Shown: positions 49,169-59,751 of the stretch, piece by piece
Position numbering within the stretch: the stretch's first letter is position 1
How the letters are laid out: every line of letters begins with the position of its first letter
Source: Eubacteriales bacterium
Lineage (GTDB): Bacteria; Bacillota; Clostridia; Oscillospirales; CAG-272
Assembly (NCBI GenBank): GCA_045576815.1
Contig: JAZNHD010000051.1
Coordinates: forward strand, 995 to 64,994
Length of the DNA stretch: 64,000 bases
Direction of reading: 5' to 3'
The notes under the pieces: generated by a model
The model's database searches: none
What the model saw: only the letters and a program-made list of their open reading frames with translations
Told to the model about the DNA's origin: nothing
Translations under genes and position numbers: made by a program

Positions 49169-49915
49169 GTGAAAAAAATCATTTCTTTGTTCTTGACGGT
49201 TGCACTTGTATGCATGGCGCTTTCATCCTGCGAGGATGTGGCGAAATCGAATACTATGGGCACGGGCGCGTGCGAGTACCTCGACACCCGAGATATAACG
49301 GGCAGGGAAATCACATACGTGGAATTCTGCGTTAAAAATTACGGTAGATTTGTTGTCCTGATTGACGCCACGACTGCACCGAAAACCGCCGAGAATTTTC
49401 TCATACTCGTTGAAAGCGGCTTTTACAACGGCAAGACCTTTCACAGAGTCGTGGAGGACTTTATGATTCAGGGCGGAGATCCCAATGCGGACGGCAGCGG
49501 CTTGCTTACAAGCACCGTCTATGGAGAATTTTTCTCAAACGGTTATTATGGCAACGATATGAAGCACTTGCGCGGAGTCATATCCATGGCCAGAAGCGAT
49601 GATCCTAATTCCGCGTCCTGTCAGTTCTTCATTTGCAATACAACATCTGAGGGACTTGACGGCGATTACGCCTCCTTCGGATACGTGGTTGAAGGATTGA
49701 GCGTTATTGATGATATTATAGAGACAACCTTCCCGAAAACCGCCTATGCCGATTATTACGGTAACAATACTCAGCACCCTGAATATTACGGCTACACTTA
49801 TCACGAGGTTTGGGGCTATCTTGGCAACGGTGCGCTTGAAAACAAAGCTGATCAGCCTGTCATAAAATACGCTAAAATTCTTGAGAGCTGGTCTCCCTCG
49901 CCGGACGGGGAGTAA
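49169..49915 (+). CDS. Cyclophilin-type peptidyl-prolyl isomerase lipoprotein
   Basis: LSSC lipobox; FHRVVEDFMIQGGD, ISMAR, QFFI. Confidence 0.9.
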   Translation: MKKIISLFLTVALVCMALSSCEDVAKSNTMGTGACEYLDTRDITGREITYVEFCVKNYGRFVVLIDATTAPKTAENFLILVESGFYNGKTFHRVVEDFMIQGGDPNADGSGLLTSTVYGEFFSNGYYGNDMKHLRGVISMARSDDPNSASCQFFICNTTSEGLDGDYASFGYVVEGLSVIDDIIETTFPKTAYADYYGNNTQHPEYYGYTYHEVWGYLGNGALENKADQPVIKYAKILESWSPSPDGE

Positions 49916-50002
49916 TTTTAAAAAAGCGTATTGACAATCCGCGCGCGTTGTGTTAGAATATGTTTTAATATAAAAAGATAAGAAAATCCAAGGAGTAAAA
50001 GA

Positions 50003-51508
50003 ATGGCTACTTATTTTACCGAACCCTCTCACACCTTTAGTGAGTATCTTCTCGTTCCCGGCTACACTGACGAGCGTTGCGTACCTGCAAATGTGTCGCT
50101 CCGCACGCCTCTCGTTAAGTACAGAAAGGGCAAAGAGGAATGTCCGATTATGATGAATATTCCTATGACGAGTGCTATTATGCAGTCGGTATCCGACGAC
50201 AAGATGGCTATCGCTCTTGCTAAGGAGGGCGGCATTTCCTTCATTTACGGCAATCAGTCGATTGAGTCCGAGGCGGCTATGGTCGCAAGAGTTAAGGGCT
50301 ACAAGGCGGGCTTTGTCGTCAGCGATTCTAATCTTACTCCTGAAAATACACTTCTTGATGTGCTTGAGCTCGTAGAGCTTAACGGACACTCCACTATGGC
50401 GGTTACTGATGACGGCACCGCAAACGGAAAGCTGCTTGGTATCGTTACCGGCAGAGATTACCGCGTGTCGAGAATGTCTACCGACGAAAAGGTGGCTGAC
50501 TTTATGACCCCTCTTGCAAAGCTGGTTACCGCACCCGAGGGTACTACTCTTAAGGAAGCAAACGACATCATTTGGGACCATAAGCTCAACTCTCTTCCTA
50601 TCGTTGATAAGGATGGCAATCTTAAGTATTTCGTATTCCGCAAGGACTACTCGCAGCACAAGGAGAACCCACAGGAGCTCCTCGACAAGAATAAGAGCTA
50701 CGTAGTTGGCGCGGGCATTAACACCCGTGATTTCGCAGAGAGAGTACCCGCACTCGTTGAGGCCGGTGCTGACGTGCTTTGCATAGACTCATCTGAGGGA
50801 TATACCGTATGGCAGAAGCGTACTATTGACTTTATACGCGAGAAATACGGCGACACAGTTAAGGTTGGAGCAGGCAATATCGTTGACAGAGAGGGCTTCC
50901 GTTTCCTTGCAGAGGCAGGCGCTGATTTCATTAAAATCGGTATTGGCGGCGGCTCTATATGTATAACCCGTGAAACGAAGGGTATCGGTCGCGGTCAGGC
51001 AAGCGCTGTGATTGAGGTTGCAGCAGCGCGCGACGAGTACTACAAGGAGACCGGCATCTATATTCCGATTTGCTCTGATGGCGGTATCGTTCACGACTAT
51101 CACATGACGCTTGCGCTTGCTATGGGCGCTGACTTCATGATGCTCGGCAGATATTTCGCGAGATTTGACGAGTCGCCCACACCCAAGATTATGGTTAACG
51201 GTCAGTACGTTAAGGAGTATTGGGGCGAGGGCTCTAACAGAGCTAGAAACTGGCAGAGATACGACCTTGGCGGCAAGGCAAAGCTTTCCTTTGAGGAGGG
51301 TGTTGACTCTTACGTAACCTATGCGGGACCTCTTCACGATAATGTTGAGCGCTCGCTTTACAAGGTTAAGTCTACTATGTGTAACTGCGGTGCTATCACC
51401 ATTGAGGAGCTTCAGGAGAAGGCGAAGCTCACTCTCGTTTCTGCAACGAGTATCGTTGAGGGCGGATATCACGATGTAATGCTCCGTTCTACCACGGGAG
51501 TAAAGTAA
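50003..51508 (+). CDS. guaB: IMP dehydrogenase
   Basis: [14 protein letters not shown] domains, SDGGI. Confidence 0.95.
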   Translation: MATYFTEPSHTFSEYLLVPGYTDERCVPANVSLRTPLVKYRKGKEECPIMMNIPMTSAIMQSVSDDKMAIALAKEGGISFIYGNQSIESEAAMVARVKGYKAGFVVSDSNLTPENTLLDVLELVELNGHSTMAVTDDGTANGKLLGIVTGRDYRVSRMSTDEKVADFMTPLAKLVTAPEGTTLKEANDIIWDHKLNSLPIVDKDGNLKYFVFRKDYSQHKENPQELLDKNKSYVVGAGINTRDFAERVPALVEAGADVLCIDSSEGYTVWQKRTIDFIREKYGDTVKVGAGNIVDREGFRFLAEAGADFIKIGIGGGSICITRETKGIGRGQASAVIEVAAARDEYYKETGIYIPICSDGGIVHDYHMTLALAMGADFMMLGRYFARFDESPTPKIMVNGQYVKEYWGEGSNRARNWQRYDLGGKAKLSFEEGVDSYVTYAGPLHDNVERSLYKVKSTMCNCGAITIEELQEKAKLTLVSATSIVEGGYHDVMLRSTTGVK

Positions 51509-51561
51509 AAATATAAAAACGCGGCACCCCGTGTCGCGTTTTTGAATTAAAGGTAATAAAT

Positions 51562-52569
51562 ATGAGTAAACTCTTTATACCAGAAAACTATCAGTCACAG
51601 CGTGACGTTTACAGGACTCAAAAGGCAATATCATTTATAAAGCGTACCTTTCAGGATAGACTTGCAGAGGCATTAAATCTTAAGCGTGTGTCAGCACCGC
51701 TTTTCGTTACCGAGTCCTCGGGACTTAACGATAATTTAAACGGCACAGAGCGTCCTGTGGCGTTTGATATTCCCGCGGTTGGTGAGGTCGGCGAGGTGGT
51801 TCACTCGCTTGCAAAATGGAAGAGGCTTGCGCTTAAGGAATACCACTTCTACGTCGGCAACGGTCTTTATACCGATATGAACGCCATTCGCCGCGATGAG
51901 GAGCTTGACAACATACATTCAATATACGTTGACCAGTGGGACTGGGAGAGGGTTATCACAAGGGAGGAGCGCACACTTGATTATCTCATAGAGACGGCGA
52001 GGAAAATCGTCGGAGTTATATGCGATACTCTCGAGCTCTTGCGTGTGGATTTTCCTGAGGTGAAGGTAAAACTAAGCCGTGAGCTGTTTGCGATAACCAC
52101 CTCACAGCTTGAGGATATGTATCCGGATCTTACTCCTAAGGAGCGCGAGGATGCCATAACGCGCGAGCACGGTACTGTACTGCTTATGCAGATAGGCGGC
52201 AACCTTAAAAGCGGAAAGCCTCACGACGGCAGAGCGCCGGACTACGACGACTGGGAGCTTAACGGAGATATTCTTTTTTATAATGAGGTGCTCGGTCACG
52301 CGTTTGAGATTTCGTCAATGGGTATACGAGTTGACGAAAAATCGCTTGACCGTCAACTAACTCTTCGCGGCTGTGAGGACAGACGCACGCTTCCTTTCCA
52401 CAGCATGCTGCTTCGCGGTGAGCTTCCGCTTACCATTGGTGGCGGTATAGGTCAGTCGCGGCTTTGTATGCTTATGATGGGCTGCGCTCATATCGGAGAG
52501 GTGCAATCAAGCATCTGGGATGAGGCAACGAAGAGAGGATGTCTTGAGGCAGGAATAAGACTTCTTTAA
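51562..52569 (+). CDS. asnA: Aspartate--ammonia ligase
   Basis: VHSLAKWKR, VDQWDWE, RAPDYDDW, GGGIGQSR. Confidence 0.96.
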   Translation: MSKLFIPENYQSQRDVYRTQKAISFIKRTFQDRLAEALNLKRVSAPLFVTESSGLNDNLNGTERPVAFDIPAVGEVGEVVHSLAKWKRLALKEYHFYVGNGLYTDMNAIRRDEELDNIHSIYVDQWDWERVITREERTLDYLIETARKIVGVICDTLELLRVDFPEVKVKLSRELFAITTSQLEDMYPDLTPKEREDAITREHGTVLLMQIGGNLKSGKPHDGRAPDYDDWELNGDILFYNEVLGHAFEISSMGIRVDEKSLDRQLTLRGCEDRRTLPFHSMLLRGELPLTIGGGIGQSRLCMLMMGCAHIGEVQSSIWDEATKRGCLEAGIRLL

Positions 52570-52619
52570 TACACATAAAAAGCGCACGGGTCGGAAAATC
52601 TCCGACCCGTGTTAAGTTT

Positions 52620-53111
52620 TTAAAGAAAAGGTGTTGTGAAAATGACACCGACGACACCGCTTATGACACCGAGCATAGAGCCTGCTACAACGTCGCGGAT
52701 AAAGTGTATGCCGCACAGCACGCGACTGACACAGAGAAGGACGCCCAAAAAGAGCATAACAACGCCGAGCAGCGGGTATACGAAAGTCATAACAGTACCG
52801 ATGACGAAAACCGAGAAGGCATGGCGACTCGGAAAGGATGAGCCTTTCTTTTTCTTTGGTGCGCGCTCGTAAAAGTCATAAAGCTCGTAGGGGCGAGGAG
52901 CGTTTATAAGGCGTCTCGCGAGAGTGACGATAACAAACGGCACACCGCATATTACGCACACCTTAACTGCCGAGAGAGGTGATATGGTGTAGCCCTTCCA
53001 CACTATAATGATAAATGCAGGCAGGGTTATTACGACTATTATCTTTGATAAAATCATCAGTGCTTTGTAAAGCGTGGGTGCTGAATATACTTTTTTGATT
53101 AGATTTTCCAT
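52620..53111 (-). CDS. PAP2 family membrane phosphatase
   Basis: R....RP, SFPSRH, SRV..GIHF..D. Confidence 0.85.
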   Translation of the reverse strand: MENLIKKVYSAPTLYKALMILSKIIVVITLPAFIIIVWKGYTISPLSAVKVCVICGVPFVIVTLARRLINAPRPYELYDFYERAPKKKKGSSFPSRHAFSVFVIGTVMTFVYPLLGVVMLFLGVLLCVSRVLCGIHFIRDVVAGSMLGVISGVVGVIFTTPFL

Positions 53112-54004
53112 TATCCAAGCCGCCTTTCGTAAAGCTCTATAAAATCTTCTTTTTCGGTACCGCCTCTGCTCATCGGTGCAAGGTATTCGCCGCCGCGGTG
53201 CATATAGCCGCCAAGCGGGCCGGTATGGTCGGTGCCACCGAGCTTGTAAAGATGTTTTTCCAAGCAAAGCGTACGGAAAAGACCGCATTCAACGTCGGTG
53301 AGGTCGGGGTGGCGCACCTCAAATCCAAGAATGCCGCCTGATATAAGGTCGAGTGCGTATTTATACTGTCCGTGAGGATGGGCAATAATTGGCACTCCGC
53401 CGGCTTCTCTTATAATCTTCGCAACCGTCAAAACATCGGGCAACGTGGGGGAGTGCGCTCTGAAAAGCCTATCTTCTATGGGTAAAGTTGCAGAATTAGA
53501 GAAGTTTTCTCTCATAAAGTGGGGATAGTCGTCATCCGAAAGAGCTCCTCGCGCCTTAAGAGTGAAAAAGACCTGCGTATAGCAGAAAAAATCGTTTTCC
53601 GGAAAATCAGATAGCACGTCATTCCATGTAATCTCTTTTATCCTGCCGCACTCTACCGCATAATCAAATGTGATTTTAGTATGCACTGTGGCGCGCTCGG
53701 CGCTATCTGAAAGCAGAGCTTGCATTTTCGGGTGCGAGGGGTCAAAGTCATATCCGAGCAGATGAAAGACCGCTCCGTCAAATCCTGCGGTAGAAAACTC
53801 GCAGCCGAGAGTAGAGAGCATTCCGGCACTTCGCGCCGCCTCTAACATGCGTTTCTGCCCCGCGACGGTATCGTGGTCGGTGAGCATTATAGCACCGTAG
53901 CCGTAGCTTTTGGCGCGCGCGACGATTTCCTCGGGCCAGAACGCACCGTCGGAAAAGCGCGAGTGGTTATGGCAGTTTGCAAAATAAGGAGCTTTTTCTA
54001 TCAT
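53111..54004 (-). CDS. PHP domain protein
   Basis: HNHS..SDG, TDHDT, HLLGY, AHP, GGTDH. Confidence 0.88.
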   Translation of the reverse strand: MIEKAPYFANCHNHSRFSDGAFWPEEIVARAKSYGYGAIMLTDHDTVAGQKRMLEAARSAGMLSTLGCEFSTAGFDGAVFHLLGYDFDPSHPKMQALLSDSAERATVHTKITFDYAVECGRIKEITWNDVLSDFPENDFFCYTQVFFTLKARGALSDDDYPHFMRENFSNSATLPIEDRLFRAHSPTLPDVLTVAKIIREAGGVPIIAHPHGQYKYALDLISGGILGFEVRHPDLTDVECGLFRTLCLEKHLYKLGGTDHTGPLGGYMHRGGEYLAPMSRGGTEKEDFIELYERRLG

Positions 54005-54153
54005 TTTATCCGCCTCTTTTAAGCTTATAATTCAATTATCACATAAAATGGAACTGTTGTCAAGAATTTTTTCGGCAAGGGGCGGCTTTTCGGTTGACAA
54101 GAGGGTATATTTATGTTATATTATTCATTGATATTCTTTTATGGAGGTCACTT

Positions 54154-56523
54154 ATGGAACCTAAAGAAAAGGTTATTTGCGAGGAGGAGATCCGCGGTCT
54201 TACCTCGGCAGAGGTTGAGCAGCAGAGAGCGCTTGGCAACGTTAACGTCGTTACAGAAAAGGTCGGAAAGAGTTATTTTGAAATAGTTAAGGATAATCTT
54301 TTTACCTTCTTTAATTTCGTGTGGGCGGTTGTTGCCGTTATGCTTATTGCGATAGGCTCGCCCGGAAACCTTACATTCTTATTTATTGTTATACCGAATA
54401 TCTTGATTGCGATAATTCAGGAAATCCGAGCGAAGCGCACGGTGGAAAAGCTCTCGGTAACAACAGAGCCCAAAGCAACGGTTATGCGCGACAGCGAGCT
54501 TATAGAGATTGACGTATGCGACATCGTCGTCGGTGATGTTATGAAAATCGAGATGGGCAAGCAGGTGCTCTCAGATGCCGTGGTTCTTTCCGGCTACGCA
54601 GAGGCAAACGAGAGCATGCTCACAGGCGAGTCCGACGCGATAAAAAAGCAAGAGGGCGATACCGTCCTTGCGGGCAGCTTTCTTGTCAGCGGCAGTATTT
54701 TCGTTAAGGTTATAAGAGTCGGACAGAACAACTACGTACATAAGATTGAAAAGGCGGCAAAAGGATTTAAAGCTCCTGCCTCGAACCTTTTCCGAGACAT
54801 GAACCGGCTTATTAAATACATAGGTATTTTTATGGTGCCCATGACGGCGATAATGGCAGTGGCGAATTATTTTGCATACGGCAAGGACCTTCAGCTCTCG
54901 CTTATCAAGACTGCGGGCTCGGTTATCGGTATGATTCCTGCGGGAATATATCTTCTCGTTACTATTACTCTTACGCTTAGCGTTATTTTGCTTGCAAGAA
55001 AGCGTACACTCGTGCAGGATATGTACTCCATTGAGATGCTTGCGGCGGCAGACGTCCTCTGTCTTGACAAGACGGGTACTATCACTGACGGTACTATGTG
55101 CGTTACGGCATTTGAGGCGCTTGACGGCACCCCGTGTGAGGAAATCAAGAGAATTATGGCTCTCGTTGAGGGTTCTGAGGAGAGTATTAATAATACCTCT
55201 CGTGCACTTATTGAGTATTTTGGACGCGAGAGCTCTATGGTAGTAGACAAGGTGCCATTCTCCTCGAAAAGAAAATACTCGGCGGTAACTCTTGAGGGTG
55301 TCGGCACTTACGCTATCGGTGCACCTCACTTCGTACCCTGTCCTGTATCAGCGGAGCTTGAAGAAAAAATCAAGGCTCACGCAGCGGAGGGCGAGCGCGT
55401 GCTTATCCTCGCAAGACTTGACAGCCTTGAGGCTATGGGTGAGGCGGTCGCCATGGTTGCGATAGCCGACAGAATAAGGCCTAATGCAAAGGAAACTATT
55501 GCAAAGTTCCAGGAGCAGGGCGTTACCGTAAAAATCATCTCCGGCGACCACGCGGCAACTGTATCTACGATTGCGGCAAGAGTAGGGGTTATCGGCGCTG
55601 AAAACTATATTTCCTGTGAGAATATAAGCGACGAGGAGCTCTCCTCGGTTGCTGAAAAATATACCGTTTTCGGCAGAGTTACTCCTGAGCAAAAGGTTAT
55701 TCTCGTTAAGGCTCTCAAGGCAGCCGGGCATACCGTTGCCATGACGGGTGACGGTGTGAACGATACTCTTGCTCTTAAAGAGTCCAATTGCGCGATAGCA
55801 ATGGCTGACGGCAGTGAGGTGGCAAGAAAGGTGTCGCAGATAGTTCTTCTCGACTCCGACTTCGGCACGCTTCCCGACGTCGTAAGAGAGGGTAGACGCT
55901 GCATCAACAACGTGCGCGCCTCGGCGGTGCTTTATCTTATGAAGACCGTGTTCGTTATCTGCCTTTCGCTATTTGCAGCGGTCACCGTCTCGGGCTATCC
56001 TCTTGAGCCGAAGCAGATGATGCTTATCGAGCTTTTCGTTATCGGTATCTCCTCGGTGCTCCTCGCTCTTGAGCCAAACAACAAGCGTATTGAGGGAGAT
56101 TTCTTAAAGAGTGTTATTATAAGGAGCGTTCCGAACGCGATAGCGCTATTTTTGCCCGTGCTTATTACGATGCTCGTTGGCACGGCAAATATTGTGTCGG
56201 CGGAATGCCGCAACGCCGTGATTATGGTTATTATCACGGTTGTCGGTTACATCAACCTCGTTTCTATATGCCGTCCGTTTACAAAATGGCGTGTCGGCGT
56301 TTGCGGACTTGTCGGTGCGGGAATATTGCTCGTTGGCGGCCTTAGCATTCCGCTCGGACCCATTATTTCTCTTGTTGCCTTTGGTCTTCCTGCGGCGGCG
56401 GAAAACCTTGCGTTCCTTTTCATAGCGCTCGGTGCATCGGTGGTATTTGCGCTTGTTTTACATATTTTCAGAAACAAGCTCGAAAGGCTTATATTCAGTC
56501 TTCTTGATAAAAAGAAGGTGTAA
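54154..56523 (+). CDS. P-type ATPase (CtpE-like)
   Basis: TGES, DKTGT, GDGVND motifs. Confidence 0.92.
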   Translation: MEPKEKVICEEEIRGLTSAEVEQQRALGNVNVVTEKVGKSYFEIVKDNLFTFFNFVWAVVAVMLIAIGSPGNLTFLFIVIPNILIAIIQEIRAKRTVEKLSVTTEPKATVMRDSELIEIDVCDIVVGDVMKIEMGKQVLSDAVVLSGYAEANESMLTGESDAIKKQEGDTVLAGSFLVSGSIFVKVIRVGQNNYVHKIEKAAKGFKAPASNLFRDMNRLIKYIGIFMVPMTAIMAVANYFAYGKDLQLSLIKTAGSVIGMIPAGIYLLVTITLTLSVILLARKRTLVQDMYSIEMLAAADVLCLDKTGTITDGTMCVTAFEALDGTPCEEIKRIMALVEGSEESINNTSRALIEYFGRESSMVVDKVPFSSKRKYSAVTLEGVGTYAIGAPHFVPCPVSAELEEKIKAHAAEGERVLILARLDSLEAMGEAVAMVAIADRIRPNAKETIAKFQEQGVTVKIISGDHAATVSTIAARVGVIGAENYISCENISDEELSSVAEKYTVFGRVTPEQKVILVKALKAAGHTVAMTGDGVNDTLALKESNCAIAMADGSEVARKVSQIVLLDSDFGTLPDVVREGRRCINNVRASAVLYLMKTVFVICLSLFAAVTVSGYPLEPKQMMLIELFVIGISSVLLALEPNNKRIEGDFLKSVIIRSVPNAIALFLPVLITMLVGTANIVSAECRNAVIMVIITVVGYINLVSICRPFTKWRVGVCGLVGAGILLVGGLSIPLGPIISLVAFGLPAAAENLAFLFIALGASVVFALVLHIFRNKLERLIFSLLDKKKV

Positions 56524-56624
56524 AATAAAAGGGACTCGCGTCGGTATTTGTCGCGAGTCCTTGATTTTTTTAAAAGATTGTGTTATACTTAAGTAAATGA
56601 AATTAAAATCTTTGGGAGGAGAGT

Positions 56625-58595
56625 ATGGTAAGGCTTAAAATAAAAGATTTTTTCACCGAAACCTCGGGACAGAGAGTCTCTTTGCGAGCACCGTACTCGG
56701 CCGAAGAGGAAATCACGGTTGTCGCACCGGTCAGAATAAGCGGCACTATGATGGATAGAAAATATGCCTATCTTTCAGTGTCGGGTATCGTTGGCGAGGC
56801 GGAAATTTTCTTTGGAGAGGCATCTCTTGGTAAGATTTTAAACGGAGAGCGGAAAAATTACGATATAAAGCAGCTTTTATCTATAGGTGAGTGTGAAATT
56901 AAAATAACGCTCTCCTGCGGTGCTGCGATTGTTGAGCCCCCCACTCTCCTTTCTTTTAACAGTGCTGTTATAGACGGCGTACACGTTACAGAGCGTCACG
57001 AGGGAGGCGCGGTCACGCTCGACATAAAGCTACGCACGCTCGGAAGCTCGGATGGAGTTAAGGCCATAGCAACCCTCGTGTCAGGGGCAGGGCAGATTTA
57101 TTACGGCGGAATAACCAGAGGTTACGGCTCTATAAAGGTAAGAGATCCGCTTTATTGGTGGCCGAGGGGGCTAGGAGTGCAGAATCTTTATAGACTGACG
57201 GTTAACCTTTACGGTGAGAGTGATGTGGAGGATACCGAGGAGCTTTTGGTTGGACTTCGCTCGGCATCGGTTCTACGTGAAGGTGGAACAAGGCTTTCCT
57301 TTAATGACCTTGCGTTTGTGCCTATGGGTGCGCTTTATACACCGCCAATAGCTGACGGTATTGAAGACAGGATATCCGTGGAGCTAACGTCTCTCGCGAA
57401 GGGAGGGGCTAACGCTGTTTTTCTTGACTCTTCGGTAAAATACATCCCGAGCTCGATTTTGGAGCTTTGCGACAGAGAGGGACTTGTACTTATCAGAGAG
57501 ACCGGAGAGCTTAAAGCAGAGGGGGCGGAGCTTGAGCGTCTTTCAAATCATCCGTCGCTTGCCTTTCTCATCATTCCCGAAGGGGAAAATCAGGACGCAC
57601 TTTACACCGCAGCAAGAGGCTCGGCACCTGATGTCGCAATTATCCTCGGCAGAGAGTTTGAGGGTGCTATTATAGAAACCTTACCGTCAGTGCCGGAGGA
57701 GAAAACTATTGAGGCAATCGGTGACGCGCGGGAGAGAAATCCCCACTCAAGCAAGATGCTGTTGCTTGGCGGTGACGCTTACCGAGATACACTTCTTCGT
57801 GTAGCTGATGAATATCTTTTCCCCTCGGGACCGGCCCAGCTAGGGTATCTCACGAGGCTTTTGCAGGCAAAGGAGGCTCAGCGCAAAATCGTTGAGGCGA
57901 GACTTTCCGGAGGAGAGGAGCTTCCCTTTGCCGTGTATTCCGAGCTGTGTGACAGAGTGTGCGCTCCGTCACATTCGGCGATTGACTCGCTTGGCAGAAA
58001 AAAGCTGCTTTACTTCATAGCCTCGCGTGCGCTCTCTCCTGTTTGTGCTACGGCAAGGCGTACTGATTCGGGCGCTGATATAACGGTTATAAACCAACGC
58101 AGAAGAGAGTTTTCCGGCAGAGCATACTATAGGGTGCTCGATTCCTCGAATAATCTCGTTTATAATTATGCAGAGGAGATTACCGTGCCTCCGATGTCTT
58201 TTGTAACGCTTGAAGCTAGGCTTGACGAGCTCATTGCGGGGAGAGAAGCTGGGTGCTATCTTGAATACGGCTTAAGCTCGTATGACGCGCAGTACAGCGA
58301 CACTCTTCTTTTCGTAAAGCCAAAGGACTTTACCTTTGAAAAGCCAAATATAAAGGTTAAGGTAGACGGGGCGGGCACTGATTTTACGGTTACGCTTTCC
58401 TCGGATAAGTTCGTTGCGGGCGTTGAAGTACTCTTTGACTTGGCAGAGGTAGAGCTTTCAGATTCCGGCTTCGACCTTACCTCGTCAGCACCCGTAAAGC
58501 TCTCTGCAAAGCTGCACACAGGGAAGCTCACGGCAGAGGAGCTGGAGAAAATGATTAGAATAAATTATCTAAATAACATAGGATTTGAAAACTAA
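56625..58595 (+). CDS. Degenerate GH2 beta-mannosidase-like protein
   Basis: P.YWWPRGLGVQNLY, CDREGL, RLSNHPSL, mannosidase-like Ig tail. Confidence 0.65.
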   Translation: MVRLKIKDFFTETSGQRVSLRAPYSAEEEITVVAPVRISGTMMDRKYAYLSVSGIVGEAEIFFGEASLGKILNGERKNYDIKQLLSIGECEIKITLSCGAAIVEPPTLLSFNSAVIDGVHVTERHEGGAVTLDIKLRTLGSSDGVKAIATLVSGAGQIYYGGITRGYGSIKVRDPLYWWPRGLGVQNLYRLTVNLYGESDVEDTEELLVGLRSASVLREGGTRLSFNDLAFVPMGALYTPPIADGIEDRISVELTSLAKGGANAVFLDSSVKYIPSSILELCDREGLVLIRETGELKAEGAELERLSNHPSLAFLIIPEGENQDALYTAARGSAPDVAIILGREFEGAIIETLPSVPEEKTIEAIGDARERNPHSSKMLLLGGDAYRDTLLRVADEYLFPSGPAQLGYLTRLLQAKEAQRKIVEARLSGGEELPFAVYSELCDRVCAPSHSAIDSLGRKKLLYFIASRALSPVCATARRTDSGADITVINQRRREFSGRAYYRVLDSSNNLVYNYAEEITVPPMSFVTLEARLDELIAGREAGCYLEYGLSSYDAQYSDTLLFVKPKDFTFEKPNIKVKVDGAGTDFTVTLSSDKFVAGVEVLFDLAEVELSDSGFDLTSSAPVKLSAKLHTGKLTAEELEKMIRINYLNNIGFEN

Positions 58596-58616
58596 AGTTT
58601 ACATAAAGGAGCAGAC

Positions 58617-59180
58617 ATGAGAAAATTTTGGGAAGATTTTAAGAAATTTATCAAACGCGGCAACGTGGTTGATATGGCGGTCGGTGTTGCGGTTGCAACT
58701 GCCTTCACCGGAATCGTTACGGCGTTTACAAAGGGCTTTATAACTCCGCTTTTAGCACTTCTTACAGGAAATGCGGCAACGGCAGAGCTCAAGTGGATTG
58801 TTCGTCCTGAGGTCGTTGATGAGGTGACTGGCGAGGTAATTACCGCAGAGGTTGCTATTTTGTGGGGCGGATTTGTGCAGGCGATTATAGATTTCATTAT
58901 TGTCGCATTCGTTCTCTTCGTGATTATGCGCATCGTATCACAGATAGGGAAGCGTGTTGCGGGATTGCTTACAGATGAAGCTAAGCTTGCAGCCGAGAAG
59001 GCGGCAAAGGAAAAGGCGGAGGCAGAGGAAGCTGTAGCAAAGGCAGAGGCCGAGCGCATAGCGGCTCTGGAGGCTGCAAGGCTCGCTGAGGAATGTGCAA
59101 AGGAAAAGGCGCGAGTAGAGCATGAGGAAGCACTTCTCGTTGAAATCCGCGACTTACTCCGCGAGATAAAAAAGGGTTAA
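58617..59180 (+). CDS. mscL: Large-conductance mechanosensitive channel
   Basis: FKKFIKRGNVVDMAVGV; LL.EIRDLL. Confidence 0.92.
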   Translation: MRKFWEDFKKFIKRGNVVDMAVGVAVATAFTGIVTAFTKGFITPLLALLTGNAATAELKWIVRPEVVDEVTGEVITAEVAILWGGFVQAIIDFIIVAFVLFVIMRIVSQIGKRVAGLLTDEAKLAAEKAAKEKAEAEEAVAKAEAERIAALEAARLAEECAKEKARVEHEEALLVEIRDLLREIKKG

Positions 59181-59315
59181 AACAGCAAAAATGCACACGC
59201 ATTAGGGTCGTACCCTAAAGGACAGTTTTGAAAGAATACGGTATATCTCAAATGAGGCATGCCGTATTTTTGCATTTGTCAGGAAAATTGACAAGTCATA
59301 GATGAACATAAAAAA

Positions 59316-59440
59316 GGCTCCCTTGTGTAAAGGGAGCTGACGCCGAAGGCGGCTGAGGGATTGTTTATTTATAAAATTCAACGCTTTACAATCACTCCGT
59401 CACGTCAAGCCGTGCCACCTCCCTTTACACAAGGGAGGCT
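59316..59440. repeat. REPIN-like element (inverted pair of palindromes)
   Basis: ctcccttgtgtaaagggag ... ctccctttacacaagggag with inner gagggattgt/acaatcactc. Confidence 0.75.
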
Positions 59441-59520
59441 TTTTCGTACTGCCCGGAAGGTAATTGAATAAATTTTACTCAATATATTTACAAACTGAAA
59501 AAACTGTGATATAATGATAG

Positions 59521-59732
59521 TGTCACACAAACTGAAAAATCGGTATTAGGGGTATTTTCTGCTTTAGGGATACTATACCCTTTTTTTGAACATACCTAAA
59601 TTTATGGACTTGGTAAAAACGCAGGCTCCTCTAATTTAGGTATGGCTGAAATATTCCTATTCCGATTAGTTTGTGTGACAACAATCGGGGTTTGCGTTTT
59701 TCGGTGCGTGGCTTCGGTTGCGCACCTTTTTT
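59521..59732 (+). ncRNA. Candidate ~210-nt structured RNA
   Basis: TTTACA-N17-TATAAT upstream; nested inverted repeats; C(UUCG)G terminator. Confidence 0.45.
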
Positions 59733-59751
59733 ATATGCTGATGGGGGATAT

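Noticed and set aside
58975..59130. Ala/Glu/Lys-rich insertion in the MscL C-terminus
   Set aside because: This linker is length-variable among MscL proteins; no specific signal
59521..59680. 6S RNA or retron msr-msd identity for the long hairpin RNA
   Set aside because: No symmetric central bubble, no reverse transcriptase nearby, and it lies in an accessory element
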